Notes under the pieces: model-generated
Databases searched by the model: none
The model's input: the letters and a program-made list of their open reading frames with translations, nothing else
What the model was told of the DNA's origin: nothing
Program-made: the position numbers and the translations under genes
Part shown: positions 1 through 9,717 of the stretch, piece by piece
Position numbering within the stretch: position 1 is the stretch's first letter
Layout of the letters: every line of letters begins with the position of its first letter
Assembly (NCBI GenBank): GCA_038867695.1
Contig: JAWBXT010000003.1
Span: 1-39,509, forward strand
Length of the DNA stretch: 39,509 nucleotides
Direction: 5' to 3'
Origin: Thermoproteota archaeon
GTDB taxonomy: Archaea > Thermoproteota > EX4484-205 > JAAOZP01

Positions 1-106
1 GACTAAGGAAGAGATAGAGTTTTACATACCCTTTATGAAAAAGGTTTTCGGCAAGGATTTCGAAGAACTCGCTTCAAAGTGGAGGCTTTACGAGAAACTC
101 AGGTAG
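1..106 (+). CDS. 3' end of an unidentified CDS running in from before the window
   Basis: Open frame from position 2, TKEEIEFYIPFMKKVFGKDFEELASKWRLYEKLR, ending in TAG at 104-106; protein-like composition. Confidence 0.55.
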   Translation, partial: TKEEIEFYIPFMKKVFGKDFEELASKWRLYEKLR

Positions 107-182
107 TCTATCTTCCACATGTTTTTATCCATCCCACCTAATTAATAATGCTTATTAGCATATACTTCTTACAAAAGCCGAA

Positions 183-2078
183 ATGGGGTTTCTCGAAGAG
201 GCTGAGAAAGTAAGGGTTGAGGTAAAAAAGGCTGTTAGAAGCCTAGGCTATGAGGCTGAGGTAAGGGTTGAAGAGCCTCCAAGCTCCGAGCTTGGAGACA
301 TTGCGACTACAGTAGCATTCGACTTAGCTAAGAAATACGGTGGAAAACCAATTGAAATCGCTGATGCAATTGTAAATGCGCTTGATTTAAACACGCTCGA
401 ATCCTTTAAGTATGTTAAAAACGTTAACGGTTTTATCAATTTTAGGTTTAATCCCGGCAAATATTCCCTTTCCGTTTTAAACGAGGCTCTTTCCAAAGGT
501 GGAGAGTACGGCAAATTCCCCATAGCCAAGAGGAGGATTCTAATAGAGCACACTAATTCAAACCCAAATAAGGCCTTGCACATCGGAACGCTGAGAAACG
601 CGGTTATAGGAGACGTGTTAGCGAGGTTCTTAAGGTTTCTCGGTCATGAAGTACTCGTAGTCAACTACATAGATGATAGTGGTTCTCAAGTAGCAGATAA
701 CATTGTAGCGCATCATTTCATGAAAGTACCAATGAAACCTCCAGAAGGCCTCAAGTTCGACGAGTACAGCGGAAAAATATACGCTGAATACAGTGAGAAA
801 ATAAACAGAGACGAAGAGCTTGGGAGGCTTAAGAGCGAAGTCATAAGAAAAATAGAAGAAGGAGGTAATGAAATAGCTGAATTCGCAAGGAAGTTCTCTG
901 AGGAAGTTGTCAAATGCCAGCTTGAAACGGCATGGGATTTCGGAATATTTTACGACTTGCTGAACTGGGAGACTGATGTAATAAGGTCAGGCATATTCGA
1001 ATGGGCTATAGAGAAGCTTGAAGAAAAAGGCGAGGTTTACGTTGAGAATGAGGGAACTAATAAGGGTTGTTTAATGATTAGGCTTAGGGATGTTGAGGAG
1101 TTTAAAAACCTGAAGGAACCGGATGAGGTTCTAATAAGGTCTGATGGTACCGCAACCTATGTGGGTAAGGATATTGCATATGCTTCTTGGAAGCTCGGCT
1201 TAACCCCAAGAAAATTCAAAGTGAGGAACTGGCTTCAACAGCCTAATGGAAAACTCATTCTTACAACGCATGTAGAAGGTGATGAATACGACTTTCCCGG
1301 AGCAGACGTTGCAATAACAGTTGTAGACAAGAGGCAAGAGTACCCTCAAATGGTTGTGAAACACGCTTTGAAAAAAATAGGTATGCCGTCTACTAAGGAA
1401 TATCATCCATATCTTTACGAAGTTGTTGCATTGTCAGGTGAGACTGCAAGCGAAATGACTTCGTTAGGGGAATTGAAAAGTAAGAAAGTAGTCCACATGT
1501 CTGGAAGGAAGGGGCTTGTCTTCAACGCTAACGACCTTTTGAAAGTTGTTTTTCAGAAGGTCTATGAAGAGACTAAGAAAAGACACCTCGACAAGAATGA
1601 AGAGTGGATTAGGAAAGTCAGCATGAGTCTAAGCGTAGCTTCCATCAGGTATTCTCTTATAAAGACTGACAAGAATAATTTGATAATTTTCGATGTTAAG
1701 GATGCTGTAAGGCTTGAGGGCGATACCGGTCCGTATCTTCAATACACTTATGCAAGAGCCTGTAGGATATTGGAGAAGGCAAGTATTGATGTGGAGAGAG
1801 TTAATGAAATATCGTTTGAAGCCCCTGAAGAATGGAATCTGACTAAACAGATAGGAAAGTTCTCATGGGTATTAAATATAGCTAGCGAAACCCTTGCAAT
1901 GAATACTATAGCTGTTTACATGCGGCATCTTGCTGATTCTTTCAACAGTTTCTATGAAAAATGCCCGGTAATAACTGGTGGAGTTAGAAGAGACAGGCTG
2001 GCCTTGGTTAAATCATTCCTAATAACAATGGGCAATGCCTTTGACATAATCGGCATTGAAAAGCTGAGCGTAATTTAA
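183..2078 (+). CDS. argS: Arginine--tRNA ligase
   Basis: EHTNSNPNKALHIGT (HIGH variant), RSDGTATY..KDIAY, MSGRKG, GDTGPYLQYTYAR and C-terminal DALR-type domain. Confidence 0.96.
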   Translation: MGFLEEAEKVRVEVKKAVRSLGYEAEVRVEEPPSSELGDIATTVAFDLAKKYGGKPIEIADAIVNALDLNTLESFKYVKNVNGFINFRFNPGKYSLSVLNEALSKGGEYGKFPIAKRRILIEHTNSNPNKALHIGTLRNAVIGDVLARFLRFLGHEVLVVNYIDDSGSQVADNIVAHHFMKVPMKPPEGLKFDEYSGKIYAEYSEKINRDEELGRLKSEVIRKIEEGGNEIAEFARKFSEEVVKCQLETAWDFGIFYDLLNWETDVIRSGIFEWAIEKLEEKGEVYVENEGTNKGCLMIRLRDVEEFKNLKEPDEVLIRSDGTATYVGKDIAYASWKLGLTPRKFKVRNWLQQPNGKLILTTHVEGDEYDFPGADVAITVVDKRQEYPQMVVKHALKKIGMPSTKEYHPYLYEVVALSGETASEMTSLGELKSKKVVHMSGRKGLVFNANDLLKVVFQKVYEETKKRHLDKNEEWIRKVSMSLSVASIRYSLIKTDKNNLIIFDVKDAVRLEGDTGPYLQYTYARACRILEKASIDVERVNEISFEAPEEWNLTKQIGKFSWVLNIASETLAMNTIAVYMRHLADSFNSFYEKCPVITGGVRRDRLALVKSFLITMGNAFDIIGIEKLSVI

Positions 2079-2141
2079 ACCAGAAAACTGCATAAAGTTA
2101 TAACAAGAATGCTTTTAAACATATAGTAAGATTCTTTAACC

Positions 2142-2217
2142 GGGCCCGTGGCCAAGCCAGGATAAAGGCGTCGGCCTGCGGAGCCGAAGAACCTGGGTTC
2201 AAATCCCAGCGGGCCCG
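2142..2217 (+). tRNA. tRNA-Arg(GCG)
   Basis: Acceptor GGGCCCG/CGGGCCC, anticodon arm TCGGC-CT-GCG-GA-GCCGA, T-loop GTTCAAATC; no encoded CCA; TTTTAAA TATA-like box at 2113-2119. Confidence 0.96.
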
Positions 2218-2249
2218 TTATTTTAAATAAAAAACATTATTAGGAAAAG

Positions 2250-2960
<711 letters not shown>

Positions 2961-2995
2961 TTAATTATGCTATTTAAAAACTTAACCCTATGTTC

Positions 2996-4786
2996 TCAAT
3001 AGTAATACTTTTCTTGGGCTCTTTGAAGCCGGTCTATCTTGGAGTCTTTCTTGTTTATTCTCGGACGAAGATTCTCTGGCTCTCTTCTAATAGTTACATC
3101 AAGATATTTGAGAAGCTTGTTCATACCCTCAGCAACCATCATCGGCGGAGAAGCTTGTCCGAAAACACTTGGCTCACCCTCGATGAGTATAAGCCTGTCT
3201 GAGAGGAAATCTAGTGCAGCAATATCGTGTTCTACTACGAATGCTGAAGACTTTTTAGCTACAATAGTATGACGTATTGCTCTTATTACCGCCAGCCTCT
3301 GTTCAACATCCAGGTAGGCACAGGGCTCGTCCAAGAAATAGATCGGAGAATCTTTTAACAAAGCTACTGCTATCGCAAGCGCCTGAAGCTCGCCGCCGCT
3401 AAGTGTTTCAGCAAGCCTATCTGAGAGGCGGTCTAGTTTAAGAGGCTTTATTAATTCGCTTTGAAGAAGCTCGGGGATCTCGCCTCCGTAGGCTTCTTTC
3501 AAAATATCGCTGACAACCCCCCTAAACAATCCTGAAACATACTGTGGCTTATATCCTATCTTCTTAATAATCTCCCCTTCAGACATCGGGGAGCTTCCGA
3601 TGAAGCTTTTCAAAAGCTCTCTAAGCATCGTAGTTTTTCCTATTCCGTTTGGACCAGCTATTCCTATAACTTCACCAACACATATAGAGCCACCTTCCGC
3701 GTTGAGGCGGAAATTCTCCAAAGAAACTTCTATGGCTGGCCATTCGAACATTTTAATCTGAAGTATTTCGCTATTTCTTACGTGAGTATGGAATCTTATG
3801 TTTTCCTTTCTGAAGCGGATGTTCTCTTGCCTTATGTATCCTTCCAAGTAAGAGTTTATCCCAACTCTAGCGGAAAGTACCTGTGAAACGATACCATATA
3901 CTGATGGTTGCCCATACATTACTATTATGTAATCAGCTAGATAGTCGAGCAAAGTTAAGTCGTGCTCCACAACAGCTATAACCTTATTCTCCTCTTTTAG
4001 GGAGATTATTAGGTCAGCTGCTTTAAGACGCTGCTTCACGTCTAAAAAACTCGATGGCTCGTCAAACAAGTAGACATCTCCATCCCTCATACATGCCGCT
4101 CCGATCGCAAGTCTCTGCAATTCGCCACCGCTTAGTGTATCAACTCTGTTATCCAAAACCTTGTTCAAATCCAGTTCTTCAACAACTTTTTCAAAAATTC
4201 CCCTTTCATCTATTTTCTCCAGAACTTCTCCGGCTTTCCTTTCTCCAATTCGTCTAGGGATTTCATCTAGGTATTGCGGCTTATAAATACACTTCAACTT
4301 TCCCTTGAAAATCTTTTCGATCAGAACGAATGAAACATTCCCCCTAAGGGAAGCAAGTATCTCATCTGTGCTAACTTCTTCACCAACCCTGCCTAGGTTT
4401 GGCTTTATCAGTCCTCCTATTATCTTAAGTATTGTAGATTTCCCGATGCCGTTTTCACCTAATATTCCAGTAACAGAACCCGGAGAGAGGGCAGGAAATC
4501 CGTAAAGCTTGAAAGCATTCACTCCATACCGATGGAAAACTCTTTCCTCTAGGTCATCAGGAAGATTGACGACAGATATGGCGTTAAATGGACATTTCTT
4601 GACGCATATGCAGCACCCACTGCACAAGTATTCGTTTATCACTGGAGGTTCTTTTTCATTAACGAAGTATATTGCCTCCTGGCCTGTTCTTACAATTGGA
4701 CAATATTTTCTACAAGGTCCGCCGCATTTAGTCGGCTTACACGAGTCCTTTTCTATTACTGCAATCCTAACCAATCTAGATATCAC
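2996..4786 (-). CDS. rli: Ribosome recycling ATPase ABCE1/Rli1
   Basis: N-terminal Cys-rich FeS domain (CKPTKC..C...CP...CSGCCICVKKCP), two NBDs (GENGIGKST, GPNGIGKTT, LSGGELQ twice), C-terminal RPRINK. Confidence 0.96.
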   Translation of the reverse strand: MISRLVRIAVIEKDSCKPTKCGGPCRKYCPIVRTGQEAIYFVNEKEPPVINEYLCSGCCICVKKCPFNAISVVNLPDDLEERVFHRYGVNAFKLYGFPALSPGSVTGILGENGIGKSTILKIIGGLIKPNLGRVGEEVSTDEILASLRGNVSFVLIEKIFKGKLKCIYKPQYLDEIPRRIGERKAGEVLEKIDERGIFEKVVEELDLNKVLDNRVDTLSGGELQRLAIGAACMRDGDVYLFDEPSSFLDVKQRLKAADLIISLKEENKVIAVVEHDLTLLDYLADYIIVMYGQPSVYGIVSQVLSARVGINSYLEGYIRQENIRFRKENIRFHTHVRNSEILQIKMFEWPAIEVSLENFRLNAEGGSICVGEVIGIAGPNGIGKTTMLRELLKSFIGSSPMSEGEIIKKIGYKPQYVSGLFRGVVSDILKEAYGGEIPELLQSELIKPLKLDRLSDRLAETLSGGELQALAIAVALLKDSPIYFLDEPCAYLDVEQRLAVIRAIRHTIVAKKSSAFVVEHDIAALDFLSDRLILIEGEPSVFGQASPPMMVAEGMNKLLKYLDVTIRREPENLRPRINKKDSKIDRLQRAQEKYYY

Positions 4787-4837
4787 TCTTATAATTGAAA
4801 CAATGAAAAATAATATTAGGAGTAATCTTTGAAAGCG

Positions 4838-4933
4838 CTACCACTCCTCTTCGAGTTCTTCTTCCCAGTCTTCCTCTTCTTCCCAGTCTTCCTCTTCTTC
4901 CTCCCATTCCTCTTCCTCGAAATCTTCGCTCAT
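4838..4933 (-). CDS. 31-aa highly acidic Trp-containing microprotein (MSEDFEEEEWEEEEEDWEEEEDWEEELEEEW)
   Basis: ATG 4933 to TAG 4838; GAA/GAG alternation keeps Glu in this frame; TTTTTATA box on the minus strand at 4963-4970. Confidence 0.7.
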   Translation of the reverse strand: MSEDFEEEEWEEEEEDWEEEEDWEEELEEEW

Positions 4934-5022
4934 ATTTGGTCGGATGAGGTTTGGAAAACAGGTATAAAAACATATCCCTCTGCTGAAGAAAGGATTAAAA
5001 CAGTAATAAAGGCTGTTTTGAC

Positions 5023-5748
5023 TTATAATTCTTCAGCTGACAAAGTAACTGTTGCCCTCTCCTCCATCCTCTCTATAACACCATCTCTTAACCAAGCTAG
5101 TTTATCTGAAACATCGACCATCTTAAGGTCGTGAGTTGCACATATTACAGTTGTGTCTCTTTCTACTTTAAGCCTGTAGAGAAGCTGAACTATCGAAAGC
5201 CCAGTAGCGAGGTCGAGGTTTCCAGTAGGCTCATCAGCAAGTATTATAGACGGGTTGTTGGCAAGTGCTCTTGCTATTGCAACTCTCTGCTGCTGTCCAC
5301 CTGAAAGCTCATGCGGCCTGTGCGTAAGCCTATCGCCTAGCCCTACTATTCCTAGGAGTTCTGCAGCCCTTTTTAACCGCTCTCCTTTTTTGATCCCGAG
5401 GAAGACCATTGGTAGAGCAACATTATCTTGTGCAGACAGTACTGGAATCAGATTAAAAGTCTGAAAGATATACCCTATTTTTCTGCTCCTAACCCATGCT
5501 AATTGTCGGTCGTTCATTTTAGCTAGATTCATCCCGTCTATGAAGACGCTACCGCTCGTAGGCTTGTCTAGTCCACCGATCATATTGAACAGGGTTGTTT
5601 TACCGCTTCCTGAAGGCCCCATTATAGAGATGTATTCCCCTCTTTTAACCTGAAGGTTAATTCCTTTTAAAGCCTTTATAACACCGCTTCTCAAAACATA
5701 ATCCTTAGTGACTTCTTGGACGTTTACCACTATAGATGGTGTTCCCAA
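5023..5748 (-). CDS. ABC transporter ATP-binding protein, LolD/MacB/FtsE family
   Basis: GPSGSGKTT, IGYIFQTFNLIP, LSGGQQQRVAIARAL, ILADEPTGNLD. Confidence 0.93.
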   Translation of the reverse strand: MGTPSIVVNVQEVTKDYVLRSGVIKALKGINLQVKRGEYISIMGPSGSGKTTLFNMIGGLDKPTSGSVFIDGMNLAKMNDRQLAWVRSRKIGYIFQTFNLIPVLSAQDNVALPMVFLGIKKGERLKRAAELLGIVGLGDRLTHRPHELSGGQQQRVAIARALANNPSIILADEPTGNLDLATGLSIVQLLYRLKVERDTTVICATHDLKMVDVSDKLAWLRDGVIERMEERATVTLSAEEL

Positions 5749-5811
5749 GGCTGTTTATCTCTTTTAGAAGTAGTATTTTAATCTTTATCTCATACTTATA
5801 AGGAATTAAGG

Positions 5812-6351
5812 CTATAAGTAGCTGGTTGCAATCCTCTCTTTAACAAGTTCAAGCACTCGACAGTATTCTGCGCCCATTATTTTAAAACCTAGCGTCTCAA
5901 GAAAACGGCTCCAAAACGATGTGAATAAATCCCTGTCGTTCTCGAAGGGTTTAATGATGGAACCTCTTTTAGAAAACTCGGTTTCCAGGGAAACTGCTGC
6001 CTCATTTAGTTCTTTAACTACATCAGATAGCAGTAGTACCGTTGCTTTCTCGTAAGCTGAGACCCCCAGTGTGGACAATGCGTCCTGAAAACTCCTTTTT
6101 CCAAAGAGAGCCAATAGAAGTTCTTGTTCAAGGCCGTTTAACGAATTATAACGGTATTTAAAGGCTTGATGAACGTTATAAACCAGAAACGGAACTAGTT
6201 CTGTAACTAGAGAACCATGTTTAAAAAACTGAATGAAAACCTTTCTTTCGCGCTTAACCTCTGTTGCAATAGTAGTCCAGTCCTCCGGCAGAGGATTAAC
6301 TGAGAAGAGAATGAAGTGGAGGCCTAGCTTTCCTATTTCTTGAATATTCAA
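5812..6351 (-). CDS. cgi121: KEOPS complex subunit Cgi121-like protein
   Basis: AF...NSLNGLEQELLLAL.GKRSFQDAL..LGV and C-terminal LVKERIA resemble the Cgi121 pattern (E.LL..SG.RQI..A....G; LERIA); divergent. Confidence 0.6.
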   Translation of the reverse strand: MNIQEIGKLGLHFILFSVNPLPEDWTTIATEVKRERKVFIQFFKHGSLVTELVPFLVYNVHQAFKYRYNSLNGLEQELLLALFGKRSFQDALSTLGVSAYEKATVLLLSDVVKELNEAAVSLETEFSKRGSIIKPFENDRDLFTSFWSRFLETLGFKIMGAEYCRVLELVKERIATSYL

Positions 6352-6416
6352 CAGAATTGGAAATGTTTAGAACTCGATAAAAACATTTATTTTCATGCTT
6401 TAGAATTCAGGTCAAG

Positions 6417-7007
6417 ATGGAGTTTGAGGTAGTGAGCTGGGAGCATTTCTACCAGCTTACTCTAGAGCTTGTTGAAAAAGTTTTAAAATCAGGTTATAAA
6501 CCAGATGTTATCATCGGCGTTTCAAGGGGAGGACTAGTGCCCTTAAGAATTTTCTCAGACGAGTTTGAAAACGTTGAGATAGGAGTTATAAGGGTTTTCT
6601 TCTACGAGGATGTTAAGAAGACCGGGAGCGAGCCTAAAATAATACAAGATGTTAATGTAGATGTTGTTGGGAAAAAAGTGCTTGTAGTCGATGACGTTGC
6701 AGACACCGGGAAAAGTCTTGAGACAGTACGTAAACATCTTCAAAATAAGGGGGCTTTAAATGTGAAGATTGCAACAGTGTACTATAAGCCGTGGAGCATT
6801 CTTAAGCCGGATTACTACGTTAAGAAAACGGAGAAATGGATAATCTTCCCGCACGAGATCGGCGAAACCATCAGAAAGCTTGCTAAAAAGAGCATCAAGG
6901 AGGAGAATAAGACTATGGAGGAGTTTAGAGAAATGTTGATAGATATAGGACTGCCCCCAATGATTGTAGACAACTATCTAAGAAAGATTGAACCTAAGTT
7001 CCTGTAG
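6417..7007 (+). CDS. Purine phosphoribosyltransferase (HGXPRT/Gpt family)
   Basis: IIGVSRGG, PRPP-binding VLVVDDVADTGKSL, KPDYY, WIIFPHE. Confidence 0.9.
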   Translation: MEFEVVSWEHFYQLTLELVEKVLKSGYKPDVIIGVSRGGLVPLRIFSDEFENVEIGVIRVFFYEDVKKTGSEPKIIQDVNVDVVGKKVLVVDDVADTGKSLETVRKHLQNKGALNVKIATVYYKPWSILKPDYYVKKTEKWIIFPHEIGETIRKLAKKSIKEENKTMEEFREMLIDIGLPPMIVDNYLRKIEPKFL

Positions 7008-7008
7008 T

Positions 7009-7074
7009 TTTCAGAGAGGTGCATGATCCTCATCGAGGCTAAACTCTCAGAGCAGGTCAGTTTACATCACTCCG
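7009..7074 (-). ncRNA. Box C/D 2'-O-methylation guide sRNA (dual guide, 16S rRNA helix 34)
   Basis: Minus strand: C box GTGATGT (7070-7064), guide AAACTGACCTGCT, D' CTGA (7050-7047), C' TCGATGA (7036-7030), guide GGATCATGCACCTCT, D CTGA (7014-7011); TTTAAATA box at 7101-7094; both guides complement conserved archaeal 16S motifs. Confidence 0.85.
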
Positions 7075-7121
7075 ATACTATACTTCCCAGCAGTATTTAA
7101 ATGTGAAATCCTGAAAACGGT

Positions 7122-7499
7122 TTAATTCTTACTTAAAATCTGTTCGAAAATTGTTGATGAAAGGTTATACAAGAAATCACTTATTTCAATCGCTTCGTCC
7201 TCGGATAGCTGCACCTTGTCAAATTTTTCAAGAGCCTTATCGTATAGGCTTCTGATCCTGAATTCAATGGGGTTAGAAGTCTCCTCGTTAATATTGTAAC
7301 CACCATATTTGCTTATAGGGGGGAAAAGCATGTTAATCATCATCCTACTTGAAACAACAGACATTCTTGCGTACACTAGCTTCATAGGATATGCCGCCTT
7401 CTTAGACTCGTTGAGATATGCCTCCGCCTCTTTAAGCATCCTTTTTAACCATCCATAGTCAGAAACAGATAGAAATATTGGTATTCTATTCTTCTCCAA
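7122..7499 (-). CDS. Hypothetical helical protein downstream of S17e
   Basis: Open frame with protein-like composition; real start probably a TTG (7499 or 7505) overlapping the end of S17e rather than 7556. Confidence 0.6.
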   Translation of the reverse strand: MEKNRIPIFLSVSDYGWLKRMLKEAEAYLNESKKAAYPMKLVYARMSVVSSRMMINMLFPPISKYGGYNINEETSNPIEFRIRSLYDKALEKFDKVQLSEDEAIEISDFLYNLSSTIFEQILSKN

Positions 7500-7704
7500 C
7501 TTCAACCATCTCTCGTTGTTTGGCGGAGGATTTAATTGACGTAATATACCCTGCAACGCGGTTCAATAGCTTCTTAGACTTAAAAATCGCGATCTTCCTC
7601 AAGAAATCCTTGTTTGCGTAATAATCGTCACTAAAACTGCTTCCGTATTTTAATAACAGCGTTCTAGCGATTCCCTTTGTCTTTCCATCGTATACCTTTC
7701 CCAA
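7486..7704 (-). CDS. rps17e: 30S ribosomal protein S17e
   Basis: MGKV....K..AR.L...Y...FSDDY..NK......I..SKKLLNRVAGYIT signature. Confidence 0.92.
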   Translation of the reverse strand: MGKVYDGKTKGIARTLLLKYGSSFSDDYYANKDFLRKIAIFKSKKLLNRVAGYITSIKSSAKQREMVEVGEE

Positions 7705-7807
7705 ACTGATACGGTGGATTTCCAGAATCTAATAAACATTGTTCTTCCACATGGGAAAAAGCTTTTAAAAAGTAGCTTTGGAAGAGGATTACGGAGGTGG
7801 AATACGA

Positions 7808-9415
7808 ATGTCATATGAGCAGGTGAGACCAGCTATAGTTCTGAAAGAGACGACTATAAGAAGGAGTAAGGAGGAGGCCTATGAAAACAATATTGTAGCA
7901 GCGCTTATCATAGGAGAAGTTGTGAGAACTGCTTATGGCCCCCGTGGGTTAAACAAGCTTTTAGTGGGTTCAGTTGGAGACATAACCATTACAAAGACGG
8001 GTGTGACAGTCCTTAGTGAAGCAAATATCGAACACCCTATTGGAAAGATAATTATAGATGCTGCTAAAGCATTGGAGAAAGAAGTGGGTGACGGAACGAC
8101 ATCTCTAATACTTTTCACGTGCGAACTTGTTAGAAACGCCTATGAACTCTATAAGCAAGGTATAAGCCCCATTTCAATAGCAAGAGGATACCATAGTGCT
8201 TTATTAGAAGCCCTTAAACAGTTAGAGAAAGACGCTAAGCCAGTCGATGTATCGAATAAAGAATTATTGAGAAAAATTGCTGAAACAGCAACTACATTCT
8301 TCTCATCTGAAGAGGAAAGAAGGATTCTCAGTGAGATTGCCCTAGAGGCCTCTGAGAAAATAATTGAAAAAAGAGACGGAGGGTACTATGCCGACATAGA
8401 CTGGGTGAGCATAGTTAGAAAACGCGGAAACGAGATATTGAATTCCAGATTGATAAATGGAGTCATAGTTGACAAGGAAGTTGTTCACCCTAACATGAAT
8501 AAGATCGTCAAAGGGGCAAAGATAGCTCTAATAGATTATGCTCTTGAAGTTAAGAAGACAGAGATATCTACTGAAATAGAAGTTAAGACTACGGAGGAAT
8601 TACGCAGATTCATGGAAGAAGAAGAGAAAATAATTCGAGATAAGGTTGATGCAATAGTTAGGTCAGGAGCAAACGTGGTTTTTTGTCAAAAAGGAATAGA
8701 CGAGCTTGCGCAGCAATATCTCTATAAGAATGGAATAATGGCAGTTAGAAGAGTTAAAAGATCTGATATGGAAAGATTGGAAAGAGCGACTCGCGGAAGA
8801 ATAGTATCAGATCCTGAAGATATTACTGCAGATAAGCTTGGTAAAGCCGACCTCGTTAGAGAAGAAATCTTCGAAAACGAGAAAATGGTTTTCGTTGAAG
8901 GATGTGAAGAGCCCAAGGCGGTCTCAATATTGTTGAGGAGCGTTAATGAAGACCTTTTGAAAGAGTATGAAAGAGAATTGAAACATGCGCTTTCAGCTAT
9001 CCTAAGCCTCTATAAAGATCCCAGGTATGTGACTGGCGGCGGAGCAGAGCTGCTGGAAATAGAGAAGGCAGTAAGAAGCAGAGCTGAAACCATGGAAGGA
9101 GAGGAAAGACTGATTTACGAAGCATTTGCAAACAGTGTAGAATCGTTAGTAAGAACCCTCGTAGCCAATGTAGGTATGAAGCCTATAGTAACAATGACAA
9201 TACTTAAGAAAAAACATTCTCTAAGTGACGGCACGATCTATGGAGTAGACGCTATAAAAAGAGAGGTAGACAACCTTGATAAAAAAGTGATTGAACCATA
9301 CTTTGTTGTCAGAAATTGGCTAGCTTCTGCTGTCGAACTAGCCTCAACAATAATTGGCGTTGATGAAGTAATAGTATCTTTTAAACCCAAAGAAGAACAG
9401 AGTAAAACCGGTTAG
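7808..9415 (+). CDS. ths: Thermosome (group II chaperonin) subunit, divergent
   Basis: GPRG, EVGDGTTS, GVIVDKEVVHP, VFCQKGIDE, AVRRVKRSDME, GGGA; ATG 7808 follows SD GGAGGTGG. Confidence 0.93.
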   Translation: MSYEQVRPAIVLKETTIRRSKEEAYENNIVAALIIGEVVRTAYGPRGLNKLLVGSVGDITITKTGVTVLSEANIEHPIGKIIIDAAKALEKEVGDGTTSLILFTCELVRNAYELYKQGISPISIARGYHSALLEALKQLEKDAKPVDVSNKELLRKIAETATTFFSSEEERRILSEIALEASEKIIEKRDGGYYADIDWVSIVRKRGNEILNSRLINGVIVDKEVVHPNMNKIVKGAKIALIDYALEVKKTEISTEIEVKTTEELRRFMEEEEKIIRDKVDAIVRSGANVVFCQKGIDELAQQYLYKNGIMAVRRVKRSDMERLERATRGRIVSDPEDITADKLGKADLVREEIFENEKMVFVEGCEEPKAVSILLRSVNEDLLKEYERELKHALSAILSLYKDPRYVTGGGAELLEIEKAVRSRAETMEGEERLIYEAFANSVESLVRTLVANVGMKPIVTMTILKKKHSLSDGTIYGVDAIKREVDNLDKKVIEPYFVVRNWLASAVELASTIIGVDEVIVSFKPKEEQSKTG

Positions 9416-9717
9416 TAAAAACCCTTTTTACCACTGCTTTCCTGTTCCTCGAGCTTAACAATATTACAATTCCTCTATTTTTTTCTGAAAATTTCAGATT
9501 CATTTCTTTGTTTAAGCTTAAAGATAATTCAGCTTGAAAAAGATACTGATGATATCATTCTTCATAACAGGATCACTACCCTAAATTGTATTTCCCTGGC
9601 GTACGGATTTAAAGGCTTCCCTTTAAAACACATACCTATACGAGGAAACATAGCAATAAAATTAAGCAGTATTAGATCCATAGTTTAAAATAAAGAAAAT
9701 AAAAAATATTTAAAAAA

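Noticed and set aside
4600-4630. Extra Cys in the ABCE1 FeS motif (CSGCCIC vs CxGCGIC)
   Set aside because: Single substitution with all expected ligands retained; cannot be told from neutral variation or a sequencing error
4841-4920. Short tandem repeat as a possible CRISPR array or microsatellite
   Set aside because: No spacers; the unit is codon-phased and explained by the Glu/Trp peptide
4776-5134. ORF-track calls 4776-4973(-) (Arg/Gly-rich) and 4829-5134(+) (Phe-rich)
   Set aside because: Alternative frames of the same purine-rich repeat that overlap real genes; the acidic 31-aa frame has the ATG, TATA spacing and synonymous variation
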